Source: an uncultured Planctomycetaceae bacterium
GTDB taxonomy: Bacteria > Planctomycetota > Planctomycetia > Pirellulales > UBA1268
Direction of reading: 5' to 3'
DNA: 64,000 nucleotides
NCBI GenBank assembly: GCA_903917235.1
Contig: CAIWZS010000039.1
Coordinates: 15,695 to 79,694 of the forward strand
A program made the position numbers and the translations under genes. Of this stretch, positions 36,264-46,493 are shown in pieces; the first letter of the stretch is position 1; each line of letters begins with the position of its first letter. The notes beneath the pieces were generated by a model. The model saw only the letters and a list, made by a program, of their open reading frames with translations, did not search any database and had not been told where the DNA came from.

Positions 36264-36998
36264 ATGTTCGACTGGTTCGAGCGGGGTTCCTATCTCGGGA
36301 TCATCCTGTTCCTCACGCTGACGGGCCTCGGGCTGCCCATCCCCGAGGAGGTGCCCATCGTCGCCGCGGGCGTGGCCAGCCGCGCGCAGGCGCTCAAGTG
36401 GTACTACGCGCTGCCGGCGTGCCTCGTCGGGGCCCTGCTCGGCGACAGCCTCATGTACTTCATCGGGCGATTCTTCGGCGCCCGCGTCCTCCGCGAGCAT
36501 CCGTGGTGGTCGGGCTTCCTCACCCCGGAGCGCGAGCGCACGATCGAGCAGCTCATCCAGAAGCACGGCATCAAGGCCTTCTTCGTCGCCCGCTTCCTCG
36601 TCGGCCTGCGGAGCCCCTTCTACCTGACGGCGGGCATCCTGCGGGTGAACTACCGCTGGTTTCTCTTCGCCGACTTCGTCTGCGCCTCCATCGTCATCGG
36701 CGGCTTCTTCGGGCTCGCGTACCTCTTCGGGGACCGGATCACGGGGCTCATCCAGAAGGCGGAGCGGGGCCTCACGGCCTTCGTGCTCGTCGCCGTCGCG
36801 GTGACGATCGCCGTGGTCGCCTTCTTCTCCTTTCGCCAGCGGCGGATCCGGATGCTCGACCAGAATCCGGAGTCGCTCTTCGAGAACCGGGAGATCCTGC
36901 TCGGCCCGGCCGCCGACCGGATCGCCGACGCGGTGGCGCTCGGCGACGTGACGCGCCGCGACCACGATCGCCCGAAGCCGCCACCCCGCGAGGAGTGA
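36264..36998 (+). CDS. DedA family membrane protein
   Basis: GLPIPEEVPIVAAG...GDSLMYFIGRFFG...FFVARFLVGLRSPFYLTAG is the DedA/SNARE-associated signature. Confidence 0.88.
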   Translation: MFDWFERGSYLGIILFLTLTGLGLPIPEEVPIVAAGVASRAQALKWYYALPACLVGALLGDSLMYFIGRFFGARVLREHPWWSGFLTPERERTIEQLIQKHGIKAFFVARFLVGLRSPFYLTAGILRVNYRWFLFADFVCASIVIGGFFGLAYLFGDRITGLIQKAERGLTAFVLVAVAVTIAVVAFFSFRQRRIRMLDQNPESLFENREILLGPAADRIADAVALGDVTRRDHDRPKPPPREE

Positions 36999-37021
36999 GG
37001 GGCACCCGCCGGGCGTCGCCT

Positions 37022-38359
37022 TCAGCGGACCTCGGTGCCGAACACCCTCGGCTGCCCGGTCGCCTCGAGCACGGCCAGCCACAGGTCGCCGTCCGGAGCG
37101 ACCTCGTTGCGGTGGCTGACGGCGAGCGGCATCGGGATGTGGACGAAGCGGCCGTGCCAGCGGCCCACGACGCACTCCGTCCGGCCGGCGAGGGCCGCAT
37201 GCACGGCGTTCTGCGCGAGCCGCAGGCAGTAGACGCTGTCGTAGGGATTGGCGGCGACGCTGCGGATGTTGTAGCTCGGGTCGATGTACTTGAGGCTGAT
37301 CTCCTGTCCGGCCGCCGCGAAGTGCCGCGCGATCCGGTCCTTCAGGAACAGCCCGATGTCGTCGAGCTTGACGTTGCCCGAGGCGTCACGGGCGTCGCTG
37401 CCGTCGCCGCACAGGTCCTGTCCGGCCCCCTCGGCGACCACGATGACGGCGTGGCCCCGCAGCCTCACCCGCTCGAGCAGATGATCGAGCAGTCCGCCCG
37501 GGCCGTCGAGCGCGAATGGCACCTCGGGGATGAGCACGTAATTGGCGTCCGGCTCCGCGAGCGCCGCATAGCAGGCGATGAAGCCCGAGTGCCGGCCCAT
37601 GAGCCTGACGAGTCCGACCCCGTTGGGCGACGCCTTCGCCTCCACGTGCGCCGCCCGGATCGATCGGGTCGCCTCGCCGAAGGCCGTCTGGAAGCCGAAC
37701 GACTGGTCGACGTAGGGGATGTCGTTGTCGATCGTCTTCGGCACCCCCACGACGGCGATCGCGAGCCCGCGCTCGGCGATCACGCGGGCGATGTCCATCG
37801 CACCGCGAAGCGTGCCGTCCCCGCCGATGACGAAGAGGATGCGGATGTTCATCCGCTCGAGGCAGTCGACGATCTCGCCCGGATCCTGCCCGCCGCGCGA
37901 CGTCCCGAGCACCGTGCCGCCCCCCTCGTCGATCTCCGTGACGATGTCCGGAGTGAGGTCGAGCACGTCGTGGCCGTACTTCGGGATGAAGCCCTGGAAG
38001 CCGTTGCGGAACCCGTGGATCTTCTGCACCCCGTAGTGGAACGAGAGTTCCATCACGATGCCGCGGATGACGTCGTTGATGCCCGGGCAGAGACCGCCGC
38101 AGGTGACGATGCCGACGCGGAGTTTCGCCGGCTCGAAGAAGATCTTGCGCCGCGGACCCGCGGGCTCGAAGCCCGGCAGTTGGTCGGGTGACAGTCCGGT
38201 GGCGGTGACGAGCCCGACGGTGTCGTGGAAGAGCACGCGATCGTCCTCGGCGACGTAGTGGACGGTCGTGCGACGTGACTCGACGAGCGACTTGAGCGGC
38301 GAGTCGATGCGGCAGGGGCCGAGCGACTTCACGGCCAGGGCGGCGGCATCCATGGGCAC
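37022..38359 (-). CDS. pfkA: 6-phosphofructokinase (predicted ATP-dependent; Gly at the position that is Asp in PPi-PFKs)
   Basis: TCGGLCPGINDVIR, GGDGTLRGA, PKTIDNDI and MGRHSGF are present. GGDG rather than GGDD argues for ATP over PPi specificity. Confidence 0.9.
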   Translation of the reverse strand: MPMDAAALAVKSLGPCRIDSPLKSLVESRRTTVHYVAEDDRVLFHDTVGLVTATGLSPDQLPGFEPAGPRRKIFFEPAKLRVGIVTCGGLCPGINDVIRGIVMELSFHYGVQKIHGFRNGFQGFIPKYGHDVLDLTPDIVTEIDEGGGTVLGTSRGGQDPGEIVDCLERMNIRILFVIGGDGTLRGAMDIARVIAERGLAIAVVGVPKTIDNDIPYVDQSFGFQTAFGEATRSIRAAHVEAKASPNGVGLVRLMGRHSGFIACYAALAEPDANYVLIPEVPFALDGPGGLLDHLLERVRLRGHAVIVVAEGAGQDLCGDGSDARDASGNVKLDDIGLFLKDRIARHFAAAGQEISLKYIDPSYNIRSVAANPYDSVYCLRLAQNAVHAALAGRTECVVGRWHGRFVHIPMPLAVSHRNEVAPDGDLWLAVLEATGQPRVFGTEVR

Positions 38360-38620
38360 GCGTTCCCGGAAAGGCGGGGCGGGAGGGGCAGGGCCGACTC
38401 ACCGCAGTCTACCGCGTTCGCCGGGCCGCTCCCCGAAGTCGCGCGCACGCGGCAGGAGCAGCGTCGCGGCGCCTGACCTCGGCGGCCGTTCGACTTACCG
38501 CGGGCCTCGCCACCTGCTACAGACCCGCTGCGGGGCGACCGTGACGATCCCTCGCGGCCCACGACCTGCCGACGCCCGCCCGGCGTGCGGGCGCAGGCCC
38601 TCGACCCGCGCGCGATCCGC

Positions 38621-39808
38621 ATGCGATTGCTCACGACACCCATCGCCGTCGCGCTCGTCCTCGCCGCCTCGGGACTGCGGGCCGGCGAACCCACGCCCCG
38701 CAGTGCGATCGACGTGACGGCGCTGCCACCCGTCGGCGATGCCATGGCGCTCGCTCCCGACAGCCTCCCACCGCTGCGACCGCACGACGGTGCCCACGCT
38801 GATGACCGGGTCGCGCTGCTGCCCCCGGTCGAGTTCAACCTCGAGCAGGACGCGTTCGCCACGGAGCCCGCACCGGGTCCGGGCCTCGGGGCCGGACCGC
38901 CACGCCGCCGTTTCGAGACGCCGTACGGTTCGGCCGCGCCGGTCTCGCTCGGCGCGTTCTGGGCTCCCGCCACCGACGTCGTGCGTCAGGGACCCAGTCT
39001 CGCCATGAACGCGCAGTTCGCCCGCGTGGCGATGCCGCTCGTGCCACCGTCCGAGGGACGACCGCTCTGGATCGGGGTCGGCCGATTCGGGCGGCTCGAG
39101 CTCGCGACCGACGCGGTCCTGCCGGACTCGGGCCGGCCGATCCCCGACCAGTTGTGGCTCGTCGAGACGGGCATCACGCACGTGCGTCCCCGGGACGACG
39201 GATCGACGCTCGGAGGCACGTTCCTCTTCGGTTCGGCGAGCGACCGCCCCTATGCCGCCGGCCGTGACCTGACGCTCGTCGCGGTCGCCTTCCTGCAGAC
39301 TCCCGCCGCCAACGACCGAGACGAGTGGAGCTTCAGCGCCTTCTACTCCCCCACGTCGCAGCTGCCCTATCCGCTGCCCGGGGTGGCGTACGTGTGGCGT
39401 CCGGACGCCACGCTCGAGGCCCGCATCGGTGTGCCGCCCGCGATCGAGTGGCGGCCCGACGACGACTGGACCGTGTCGGTGAACTGGTTTCCGCTGGTGA
39501 ACCTGAACGCGACCGTGCGCCGCCGACTCGACGAGTCGTTCTCACTCGTCGCCTTCTACCGCACCGACACGCAGATCTATTTTCTCGCCGACCGGGCGCG
39601 CGACGACGAACGCTTCTTCGTCTTCGATCAGCGGGCGGCCTGCGGGCTGGAGCGGTCGCTCGGCAGAGGGCTCACGCTCGAATTGCTGGGATCCTGGCTC
39701 TTCGACCGCGAGCTGTTTCAGGGCACGAATTTCACGTCCGGCCGCACCGATGTCGTGGAGCTCGAGGCGGGTCCGGCCGTCTCGCTGCAGCTGTCGTGGC
39801 GCCGCTAA
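38621..39808 (+). CDS. hypothetical secreted protein, possible outer-membrane beta-barrel
   Basis: Track ORF 38585.. trimmed to the ATG at 38621, with signal peptide MRLLTTPIAVALVLAASGLRA. The C-terminal half has alternating beta-like segments and ends ...VSLQLSWRR. Confidence 0.6.
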   Translation: MRLLTTPIAVALVLAASGLRAGEPTPRSAIDVTALPPVGDAMALAPDSLPPLRPHDGAHADDRVALLPPVEFNLEQDAFATEPAPGPGLGAGPPRRRFETPYGSAAPVSLGAFWAPATDVVRQGPSLAMNAQFARVAMPLVPPSEGRPLWIGVGRFGRLELATDAVLPDSGRPIPDQLWLVETGITHVRPRDDGSTLGGTFLFGSASDRPYAAGRDLTLVAVAFLQTPAANDRDEWSFSAFYSPTSQLPYPLPGVAYVWRPDATLEARIGVPPAIEWRPDDDWTVSVNWFPLVNLNATVRRRLDESFSLVAFYRTDTQIYFLADRARDDERFFVFDQRAACGLERSLGRGLTLELLGSWLFDRELFQGTNFTSGRTDVVELEAGPAVSLQLSWRR

Positions 39809-39823
39809 AGCACGTCTTGCGCA

Positions 39824-39963
39824 GGTGGAGCGACGACTTGGCAAACCTGGAGACGGAGGCGAGGGGTCGGCGAACGCTCGAGGAGCTTTGGGCCGCCTCG
39901 GCCCACGCGACGAGACTTTTGCCGCCCCGAAGCCGTCGCTCCACCACATCGGGATGCGATCTA
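39824..39963 (+). repeat. structured intergenic repeat element, type I, copy B
   Basis: Its 112-nt core is identical to copy A. Its terminal stem is GGTGGAGCGACG / CGTCGCTCCACC, which differs from copy A by a compensated pair. Confidence 0.9.
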
Positions 39964-40146
39964 GCCTCGACGCGCGCGGTTTTCGGAGGCGTGCGAGGCG
40001 CACCGTCGCGTGCGTCGGATGCGGTCCAGGACGCATCCCCACCGGTCGACCGCGGGGAAAAGGGCATGGAGGGCACGTTCCACCGGCTGCTAGAATCCCG
40101 GCCCACGCCGCAAGGCCTTCCCAAACCCCCCAGGCGGAACCCTGCC

Positions 40147-42093
40147 ATGCACCTTCGTCCCCTCCTCACGCTCCTCGCCGTCGGTGCGTTCGCATCTCCC
40201 GCCATGGGGCAGCTGCCCTCGGCCCAGCTCGAGCGTCTCGCTGCCGACGCCGTCCAGGCGGAAGCGACCTTCTCGCCTCCCGGCCCGGGCACGCTCGAGT
40301 CGGCCGCCGTCGGCGTGCGCAACGCCCTGCGTCCACTCGACGCCCTGCTCGCACGGAGCAAGAGCGGCCCCGATTGGCGAACCTACCTGCAGTGGCCGAA
40401 GCTCGAGGCGCAGGCGGCCGCCGGGCCGGCCGCGGATGCGGAGACCCTCCGCGATCTCGAGGATCTCTTCGGCGCGGCGGAAACGGGACTCGAGCGGCCG
40501 GAGTTCGCCCGGGTGCGCAAGGCGGTGACCCGCTTCGCCGAGGCGACCGACGCGGCCCGCGGCGAGGGGGGCGCACGCCTCTACGCCCGGCGGCTCGAGT
40601 CACTGGCCGCCGCGTTGCAGCGCGCCGCGTCGTCGGGATCGGCCGAGACGCTCGCCCCTGTGCCTCCGATCCTCGAACGCCTCGGCGAGTCGGGCCAGGC
40701 CGTGTCGCTCGTCGAGCGCGTGCGCGGCAGTTTCGGCCGACCGAACGTCATTCTCGGCATCCACGAGGATCTCTTCGCGCGGGCGGTCAACCGGCCCGTC
40801 GACCAGGCTCAGCCGGTGGATGAAAACATCCTCGGCACGCGCGTGCGCGGCAGCGGGCACACGACGGGATCCGTGCGGCTCGACTTCGTGCCGTCGTCCG
40901 ACCGGGCCGCCTTCGAGATCGTGCTGGCCGCTCGCAACATCTCGAGCACGCGGGGCACGCAGGGCCCGGTGACCGTCCACACGCGCGGCGTCACCGACCT
41001 CGGGGCCCGCCGCCGCATCCTGCTCGACGGCCAGTCCGTCACGGCGACCCCCGTCGACGCATCGGCCCACACCGATTCGACCGTCACCGGCATCGGGATC
41101 AGTTCGCGGGTCGGCCGCCGACTCATCCAGCGGATCGCCTCGAAGAAGATCGCGGAGACGAAGCCGAAGGCGCAGGCCGTCGCCGAGGAGCGTGCCCGCG
41201 ACCGGGTCCGCCGCCAGTTCGCCGAGCAGACCGATCCGGCGGTCGATCAGATCCGCAACGAGTTCGAGAGCCGGGTGCGCGGTCCGCTCGTGTCCCGTGG
41301 TCTCTATCCCGAGATGCTCCACCTGAGCACGACCGACTCCCAGCTTCACGTGACCGCGCGAAAGGCCCTCCCCTCGCAGCTCGCGGCGGCGAGCATGCCG
41401 CCGTCCGTCTCGTCCCGCGCGGTCATCACGGCACAGGTGCATGAATCGGTGGTCAACAACGTGCTCGAGGAGAAGTTCGGTGGCGCCATCGTGCGGCAGG
41501 CGGACGTCGAACGGCTGGCGCGGGAATCGGGCCGGGACATGCCGCAGTCCCTCGGCACCGACAAGGATCAGCCGCCCTGGGAGGTGACGTTCTCCCGGTA
41601 CAGGCCGATCACGGTCTCCGTGGCGGACGGCCGCGTGAAGGTGATGGTGCGCGGGGACAAGTTCATGTCGGGTGACCGGGATTACCCGGGCATGGATATC
41701 TGGGCCACGTATGCCATCGGCAAGGCCCCGCACGGCTGGCTGCTCCTGCGCGAAGGGGACGTGCAGATCTATCCGCCGGGATTCGAGCCGGGGGGCGAGG
41801 CGAAGCTGTCGATCAAGGAGACGTCGATCCGCAGGATCCTGCAGAAACGCTTCGAGCAGGTCTTCAAGTCGGAGATCGAGATCCCCGACCTCCCGCTGGA
41901 GGGCGAACTCGCCGCGATGGGACCGCTGCCTCTCGCCGACCTCGTCGCGCGTCGTGACGGCTGGATCGCCGCGAGCTGGCGGGCCAAGGACGCGCTCCCC
42001 GGTGGCGCGAACGTCGTCCGCGTCTCCGAGACTGCGGGACCCGACGTGGGAAGCGGTGCGACGCGCGTCGAGACGGTGTCGCTCGGGCGCTGA
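40147..42093 (+). CDS. large secreted hypothetical protein (648 aa)
   Basis: Track ORF 39325..42093 trimmed to the ATG at 40147, with signal peptide MHLRPLLTLLAVGAFASPAMG. The upstream part of the ORF reads through repeat element B and the end of the previous gene. Confidence 0.7.
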   Translation: MHLRPLLTLLAVGAFASPAMGQLPSAQLERLAADAVQAEATFSPPGPGTLESAAVGVRNALRPLDALLARSKSGPDWRTYLQWPKLEAQAAAGPAADAETLRDLEDLFGAAETGLERPEFARVRKAVTRFAEATDAARGEGGARLYARRLESLAAALQRAASSGSAETLAPVPPILERLGESGQAVSLVERVRGSFGRPNVILGIHEDLFARAVNRPVDQAQPVDENILGTRVRGSGHTTGSVRLDFVPSSDRAAFEIVLAARNISSTRGTQGPVTVHTRGVTDLGARRRILLDGQSVTATPVDASAHTDSTVTGIGISSRVGRRLIQRIASKKIAETKPKAQAVAEERARDRVRRQFAEQTDPAVDQIRNEFESRVRGPLVSRGLYPEMLHLSTTDSQLHVTARKALPSQLAAASMPPSVSSRAVITAQVHESVVNNVLEEKFGGAIVRQADVERLARESGRDMPQSLGTDKDQPPWEVTFSRYRPITVSVADGRVKVMVRGDKFMSGDRDYPGMDIWATYAIGKAPHGWLLLREGDVQIYPPGFEPGGEAKLSIKETSIRRILQKRFEQVFKSEIEIPDLPLEGELAAMGPLPLADLVARRDGWIAASWRAKDALPGGANVVRVSETAGPDVGSGATRVETVSLGR

Positions 42094-42109
42094 GCGGCTC
42101 CGCCCGACG

Positions 42110-43297
42110 TCACGTCCGCTCGACGAGCACCGCGATCCCCTGCCCCAGCCCGATGCACATCGTCGCCAGCCCGAGCCGCGCCGACGGTTCGTCCCGCAGC
42201 GCGTGCACGAGGGTCGTCGTCAGCCTCGCACCGCTGGCACCCAGCGGGTGTCCGATCGCCAGGCCGCCGCCACGGACGTTCACCCGCGCCGGGTCGAGCC
42301 CCAGCGCCTCGATGCAGTGGATCGCCTGGGCGGCGAAGGCCTCGCTCAGTTCCACGAGATCGATGTCAGCGAGCGTGATCCCCAGGGAGCGGACGTCGGC
42401 GAGGAGTTTCCTCGTGGCAGCCACGGGACCGGTCCCCATCGCGGACGGGGGTACGCCGACGACGGACGTGGCGACGACCCGCGCGAGCGGCTCGAGGCCC
42501 TGCCTGGTTGCCTCCGCCTCCGACATGACGAGAAGGGCCGCGGCCCCGTCGCTCAGCGGCGCGCTGGTCGCCGCGGTGATCGTGCCCACCTTCGGAAGGA
42601 AGACCGGTTCGAGTGCCGCCATCGACTCGCCGGACGTGTCGCGACGGATTCCCTGGTCGGCGCAGGCCTCGACGATGCAGCCCGCCTCGTCGTGCCCCAG
42701 CACCCGCACGATCTCGTCCTCGAAGAGGCCGGCGTCGTCGGCGCGAGCCGCCCTGGCGTGGCTCTCGAGCGCGAAGTCCTCCTGCGCGCGGCGGGAGATG
42801 CCATGTGTCGCCGCGAGGTGCTCGGCCGTGAGTCCCATGGAGAGCATGCCCCGGCTGGATCGCGCGAACACCCGCGGATGCATGTCGATCGCCGACTCCA
42901 TCGGCAGGTGGTGCATGTGCTCGACGCCGCCGACGACCTGCACGTCGGCGGCGCGGGCGGCGATCGCGTGGCATGCCTGCGCGAGCGCCTGGAGCGATGA
43001 TCCGCAGAGCCTGTTGACCGTGGTCCCGGCCGTCGTGAACGGCAGTCCGGCCATGATCGCCACGGCGCGGGCGACGTTGCCGCCGAGTTCGCCGCGCTGC
43101 TGCGTCGCGCCGAGGACCACGTCCTCCACCGTGCCGGGATCGACACCGGCACGCTCGACGACGCCCCGCACGACCGCCACGGCGAGGTCGTCGCCACGGA
43201 CGTGACGGAAGACGCCGCGCTCCGCATGCGCCCGGCCGATCGCGGTGCGACAACAGGCGACGATGACGGGGGTGATGTCGGGGGTGCGCGTGTGCAT
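42110..43297 (-). CDS. fadA: acetyl-CoA C-acyltransferase (thiolase)
   Basis: Active-site Cys context NRLCGSSLQA is present, plus the C-terminal GLATMCIGLGQG. 395 aa. Confidence 0.93.
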   Translation of the reverse strand: MHTRTPDITPVIVACCRTAIGRAHAERGVFRHVRGDDLAVAVVRGVVERAGVDPGTVEDVVLGATQQRGELGGNVARAVAIMAGLPFTTAGTTVNRLCGSSLQALAQACHAIAARAADVQVVGGVEHMHHLPMESAIDMHPRVFARSSRGMLSMGLTAEHLAATHGISRRAQEDFALESHARAARADDAGLFEDEIVRVLGHDEAGCIVEACADQGIRRDTSGESMAALEPVFLPKVGTITAATSAPLSDGAAALLVMSEAEATRQGLEPLARVVATSVVGVPPSAMGTGPVAATRKLLADVRSLGITLADIDLVELSEAFAAQAIHCIEALGLDPARVNVRGGGLAIGHPLGASGARLTTTLVHALRDEPSARLGLATMCIGLGQGIAVLVERT

Positions 43298-43318
43298 GCG
43301 GAGGCGTGCGTCGGGGAG

Positions 43319-45553
43319 TCAGGCCGTGAAGGCGCCGCCGGCTCGCGCCAGTGCGAGCAGTCGGTCGGTCGGGAGCATGCGTGGCCCGAGCGCCGCGAGC
43401 GGTTCGAGCCGACGCACGACCTCCGCGGCCCCGAGCGTATCGGCCCACGCGAGCAGTCCGCCGCGGAACGCCGGGAACCCGAGCGCGTGGATGACCGCGA
43501 GATCGACGTCGCGAGGATCCCGCACGATCCCCTCGTCGAGCACGCGGAGCGACTCGAGCAGCATCGGCAGCAGGAGGCGGTCGGCGATGGTGGCCTCGGA
43601 CGGGGGGGCGGCGGGTGCATCGACCCGATAGCGCATGACGATCGCCGCCGCCGCCTCGTCCGGAGCGGTGATCCGCGCCCGCTGTCCACCCGACGCGTAG
43701 GCGTAGAAGCCCGCGCCGCTCTTGCGACCGAGCCGCCCGGACTTCACGAGCGCGGGAATCACCGGCGAGGGCTCGATGCGGTCACCGAAGGCGGCGCCGA
43801 GCACGAGGCCGGCGTAGAAGGCGGTGTCGAGGCCGATCATGTCGTACAGTTCGATCGGTCCCATGGGCATGCCGAACTGCCGCGCCACCCGGTCGATCCG
43901 CCGGCAGTCGACGCCCTCGCGCACCATCTCCACCGCCTCGTGGAGGTAGGGCATGAGGACGCGGTTCACGAGAAAGCCCGGGCTGTCCCGCACCACGACG
44001 GGACACTTGCCGAGCCGCTTGGCATGTGCGACGGCCCGGGCCACGGTGGCATCGCTCGTCGCCGGGCCGCGCACGACCTCGACGAGCGTCATGCGGCGCA
44101 CCGGGTTGAAGAAGTGGAGTCCACAGAACCGGGATGCATCGACGAAGGCGTCGGCGAGGCGGGCGATCGGGTTCGTGGACGTGTTGGTCGTGATGACGGC
44201 CGCGGGGCCGACGATCGACTCGATCTCGGCGAGCACGCGGTGCTTGACGTCGGGCCTCTCGACGACGCTCTCGACGACGAAATCGGCACCAGCCAGCGCG
44301 GCGAGCCGTGACGACGACCGCAGCCGGCCCGCGAGCGCGAGGGCTGCATCGGCGTCGGTGCGCTTCGTCGTGCGATCCCAGGCCGCCTCGTCGAGCACGC
44401 CGGCGATACTGGCGCCGAGCACGCGTTCGTCGACATCCACGAGCGTCACCGCACATCCAGCCCGCAGGTGGCTGGCGGCGATCCCGGCGCCCATGATGCC
44501 GGCGCCGACCACCGCGGGTGATCGGGCCCCGCCGGTCGCATCGTCGGGGAGCGGACGCGAGCCCCGTTCGGCCGCACCGCCGACCGCTTCCCCCATCGCG
44601 CCATCCCCGCCCACGCCGGAATCGTGCCGATTGCGCTCGCCTATGCGGAAGACACGCACGAGCTGCCGGGCCACCGGCGTCCGCACGAGCGAGGCGAAGG
44701 CGGACGACTCGATCCTCCCGGCCTCGACGGCCGGGGCCTCACAGCCGCAGAGCATGGTCGCGAGGATCGCCGGCGGTGCCGGATAATGGCCGGCGGTGCG
44801 GCCGAGGATGACCGCGGAAGCGGACGACTCGAGAAAGTCACGTTCGAGAGGATCGATCACCACGGGCTCGGCCAGGCGTCGTCGACGTGCCTGCACGTCG
44901 CCGTTCGAGCCGCACCGGTCGATCAGTCGTCGCGCCGCCTCGAGGGCGTGCTCAGCCGGCACGAGCGCGTCGACGAGACCGATGCGCTCCGCCATCCGAC
45001 CCGTGATGCTCTCCCCCGCGACGGCCATCTCGATGGCCGGCCCAGGTCCCACCAGACGCGGCAGCCGCACCGTGCCACCCCATCCCGGCAGCAGGCCGAG
45101 CTTCACCTCCGGGAGGCCGAGCAGGGTGCGGGCGTCGGTCGTCGCCACCCGGAGGTCGCAGCCGAGGGCGAGCTCGAGGCCGCCACCCAGACAGGCTCCG
45201 TCGATGATCGCCACGCTCGGCCAGGGTCGGGCCGAAAGGCGGCCGAAAAGCGCGCGGCCGGCATCGCAGAGCGCCTCGATCTCCGCGTCCGTCCGATCCC
45301 AGAGGCGATCGATGCGGGAGATGTCTGCCCCGGCGAAGAACGATCCATCGCGGCCCGAGCGGATGACCACGCCACGCGGCGTCCACCCGCGTCCCCGCCC
45401 GTCGATCTCGTCGAGGGCGGCCGCAAGATCGGTGACCACACGCTCCGTGAGGACGTTCTGGCGGTGGCCGGGCACCCGGAATGAGAGCACCACGAGCCCG
45501 TCCACATGCCGCTCCACGGCCAGCGTCGCATCGTCGCGGACGGTCGCCGGCAT
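43319..45553 (-). CDS. fadB: fatty-acid oxidation multifunctional protein (enoyl-CoA hydratase / 3-hydroxyacyl-CoA dehydrogenase)
   Basis: Track ORF trimmed to the ATG at 45553 (MPATVRDD...). Crotonase motif FFAGADI...GGGLELALGCD. NAD-binding motif VVGAGIMGAGIA. Its stop lies 21 nt upstream of fadA. Confidence 0.9.
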   Translation of the reverse strand: MPATVRDDATLAVERHVDGLVVLSFRVPGHRQNVLTERVVTDLAAALDEIDGRGRGWTPRGVVIRSGRDGSFFAGADISRIDRLWDRTDAEIEALCDAGRALFGRLSARPWPSVAIIDGACLGGGLELALGCDLRVATTDARTLLGLPEVKLGLLPGWGGTVRLPRLVGPGPAIEMAVAGESITGRMAERIGLVDALVPAEHALEAARRLIDRCGSNGDVQARRRRLAEPVVIDPLERDFLESSASAVILGRTAGHYPAPPAILATMLCGCEAPAVEAGRIESSAFASLVRTPVARQLVRVFRIGERNRHDSGVGGDGAMGEAVGGAAERGSRPLPDDATGGARSPAVVGAGIMGAGIAASHLRAGCAVTLVDVDERVLGASIAGVLDEAAWDRTTKRTDADAALALAGRLRSSSRLAALAGADFVVESVVERPDVKHRVLAEIESIVGPAAVITTNTSTNPIARLADAFVDASRFCGLHFFNPVRRMTLVEVVRGPATSDATVARAVAHAKRLGKCPVVVRDSPGFLVNRVLMPYLHEAVEMVREGVDCRRIDRVARQFGMPMGPIELYDMIGLDTAFYAGLVLGAAFGDRIEPSPVIPALVKSGRLGRKSGAGFYAYASGGQRARITAPDEAAAAIVMRYRVDAPAAPPSEATIADRLLLPMLLESLRVLDEGIVRDPRDVDLAVIHALGFPAFRGGLLAWADTLGAAEVVRRLEPLAALGPRMLPTDRLLALARAGGAFTA

Positions 45554-45651
45554 GGTCAGCTTCCAGGTTTTGCTTGCCGCAATCGGGAAAACCGATAGTG
45601 TATCCGGGTCGTTGAGCCGTTCCCGAGGATGCCTGCCGCGAGGTGGTGTCG

Positions 45652-46323
45652 ATGATGTCGAAGAACCCCGGACAGAACCGCGGACAGAACCCCAGACGGG
45701 GAGGAGCGGAGGGCGCCGCTGCGGTCGCCCCGTTCGATCGCCCGTTCGATCGACTGTCGTCCGTCTCCGTGGCCGCGTGGTGCGGGCTGGTGGGTGTCGC
45801 CGTCGTGGGCCGTCTCTGGCAGCCGACATGGAATGGCGAGCCGCTGTGGAACGTCACCCCGCTGGCGGCCGTGGCGCTCGCGGCCGGGACGATCTTTGCA
45901 CGCCCGCTCGTCGCGGCGAGCGTGCCGCTCGCGGGAGCGGTGATCTCCAACCTCTTCCTGCCGGCGTACGGCAGCATCGTCATGGCCGTCGTCGTCTATG
46001 CGGCGTTGGCCTGGCCGGTGATGATGGGCGGCCTCATCCGCCGTGCCGCTGCACGGGGCGGTACGGCGCGTTATGCCGCCTTGGGAGGTGGATCGCTCGC
46101 CAGTTCCCTCGTCTTTTTCCTCACGACGAACTTCGCGTGCTGGGCCATGCCCGACGGCCTCTATCCGCACACGGCAGCCGGTCTGACCGCCTGCTTCACG
46201 GCCGCCCTGCCGTTCTACCGCTGGATGCCTGCCGGCGATCTCGCCTGGACGGCTCTCGTGTTCGCAGGCATGGCACTCGTCTCGAGGGTGCGTGTCGCCT
46301 TGACTGCGGCGGAAACGGCCTGA
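45652..46323 (+). CDS. polytopic membrane protein (ECF S-component-like / DUF6580-like)
   Basis: About 6 hydrophobic segments. The ORF opens at GTG 45643 and the first ATG is at 45652. The family call is from memory only. Confidence 0.6.
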   Translation: MMSKNPGQNRGQNPRRGGAEGAAAVAPFDRPFDRLSSVSVAAWCGLVGVAVVGRLWQPTWNGEPLWNVTPLAAVALAAGTIFARPLVAASVPLAGAVISNLFLPAYGSIVMAVVVYAALAWPVMMGGLIRRAAARGGTARYAALGGGSLASSLVFFLTTNFACWAMPDGLYPHTAAGLTACFTAALPFYRWMPAGDLAWTALVFAGMALVSRVRVALTAAETA

Positions 46324-46378
46324 GAATGAGACCGATGGATCTGCGGGCCGGCTCGACGGCACTCGGATCGCATCGCCC

Positions 46379-46462
46379 GCGGGAATGGCGGAATTGGCAG
46401 ACGCGCCAGGTTGAGGGCCTGGTGGTAGTAATACCGTGCAGGTTCAAGTCCTGTTTCCCGCA
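46379..46462 (+). tRNA. tRNA-Leu (anticodon GAG)
   Basis: GCGGGAA-TG-GCGGAATTGGCAGACGCG-CCAGG-TTGAGGG-CCTGG-long variable arm-GCAGGTTCAAGTCCTGT-TTCCCGC-A. It aligns position by position with E. coli tRNA-Leu. Confidence 0.9.
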
Positions 46463-46493
46463 CTTCCGAGACCGACATGACCGATCGTGAGTC

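Noticed and set aside
39325-40146. N-terminal 274 aa of ORF 39325..42093
   Set aside because: It overlaps the end of the preceding gene and reads straight through repeat element B. A clean signal peptide starts at ATG 40147.
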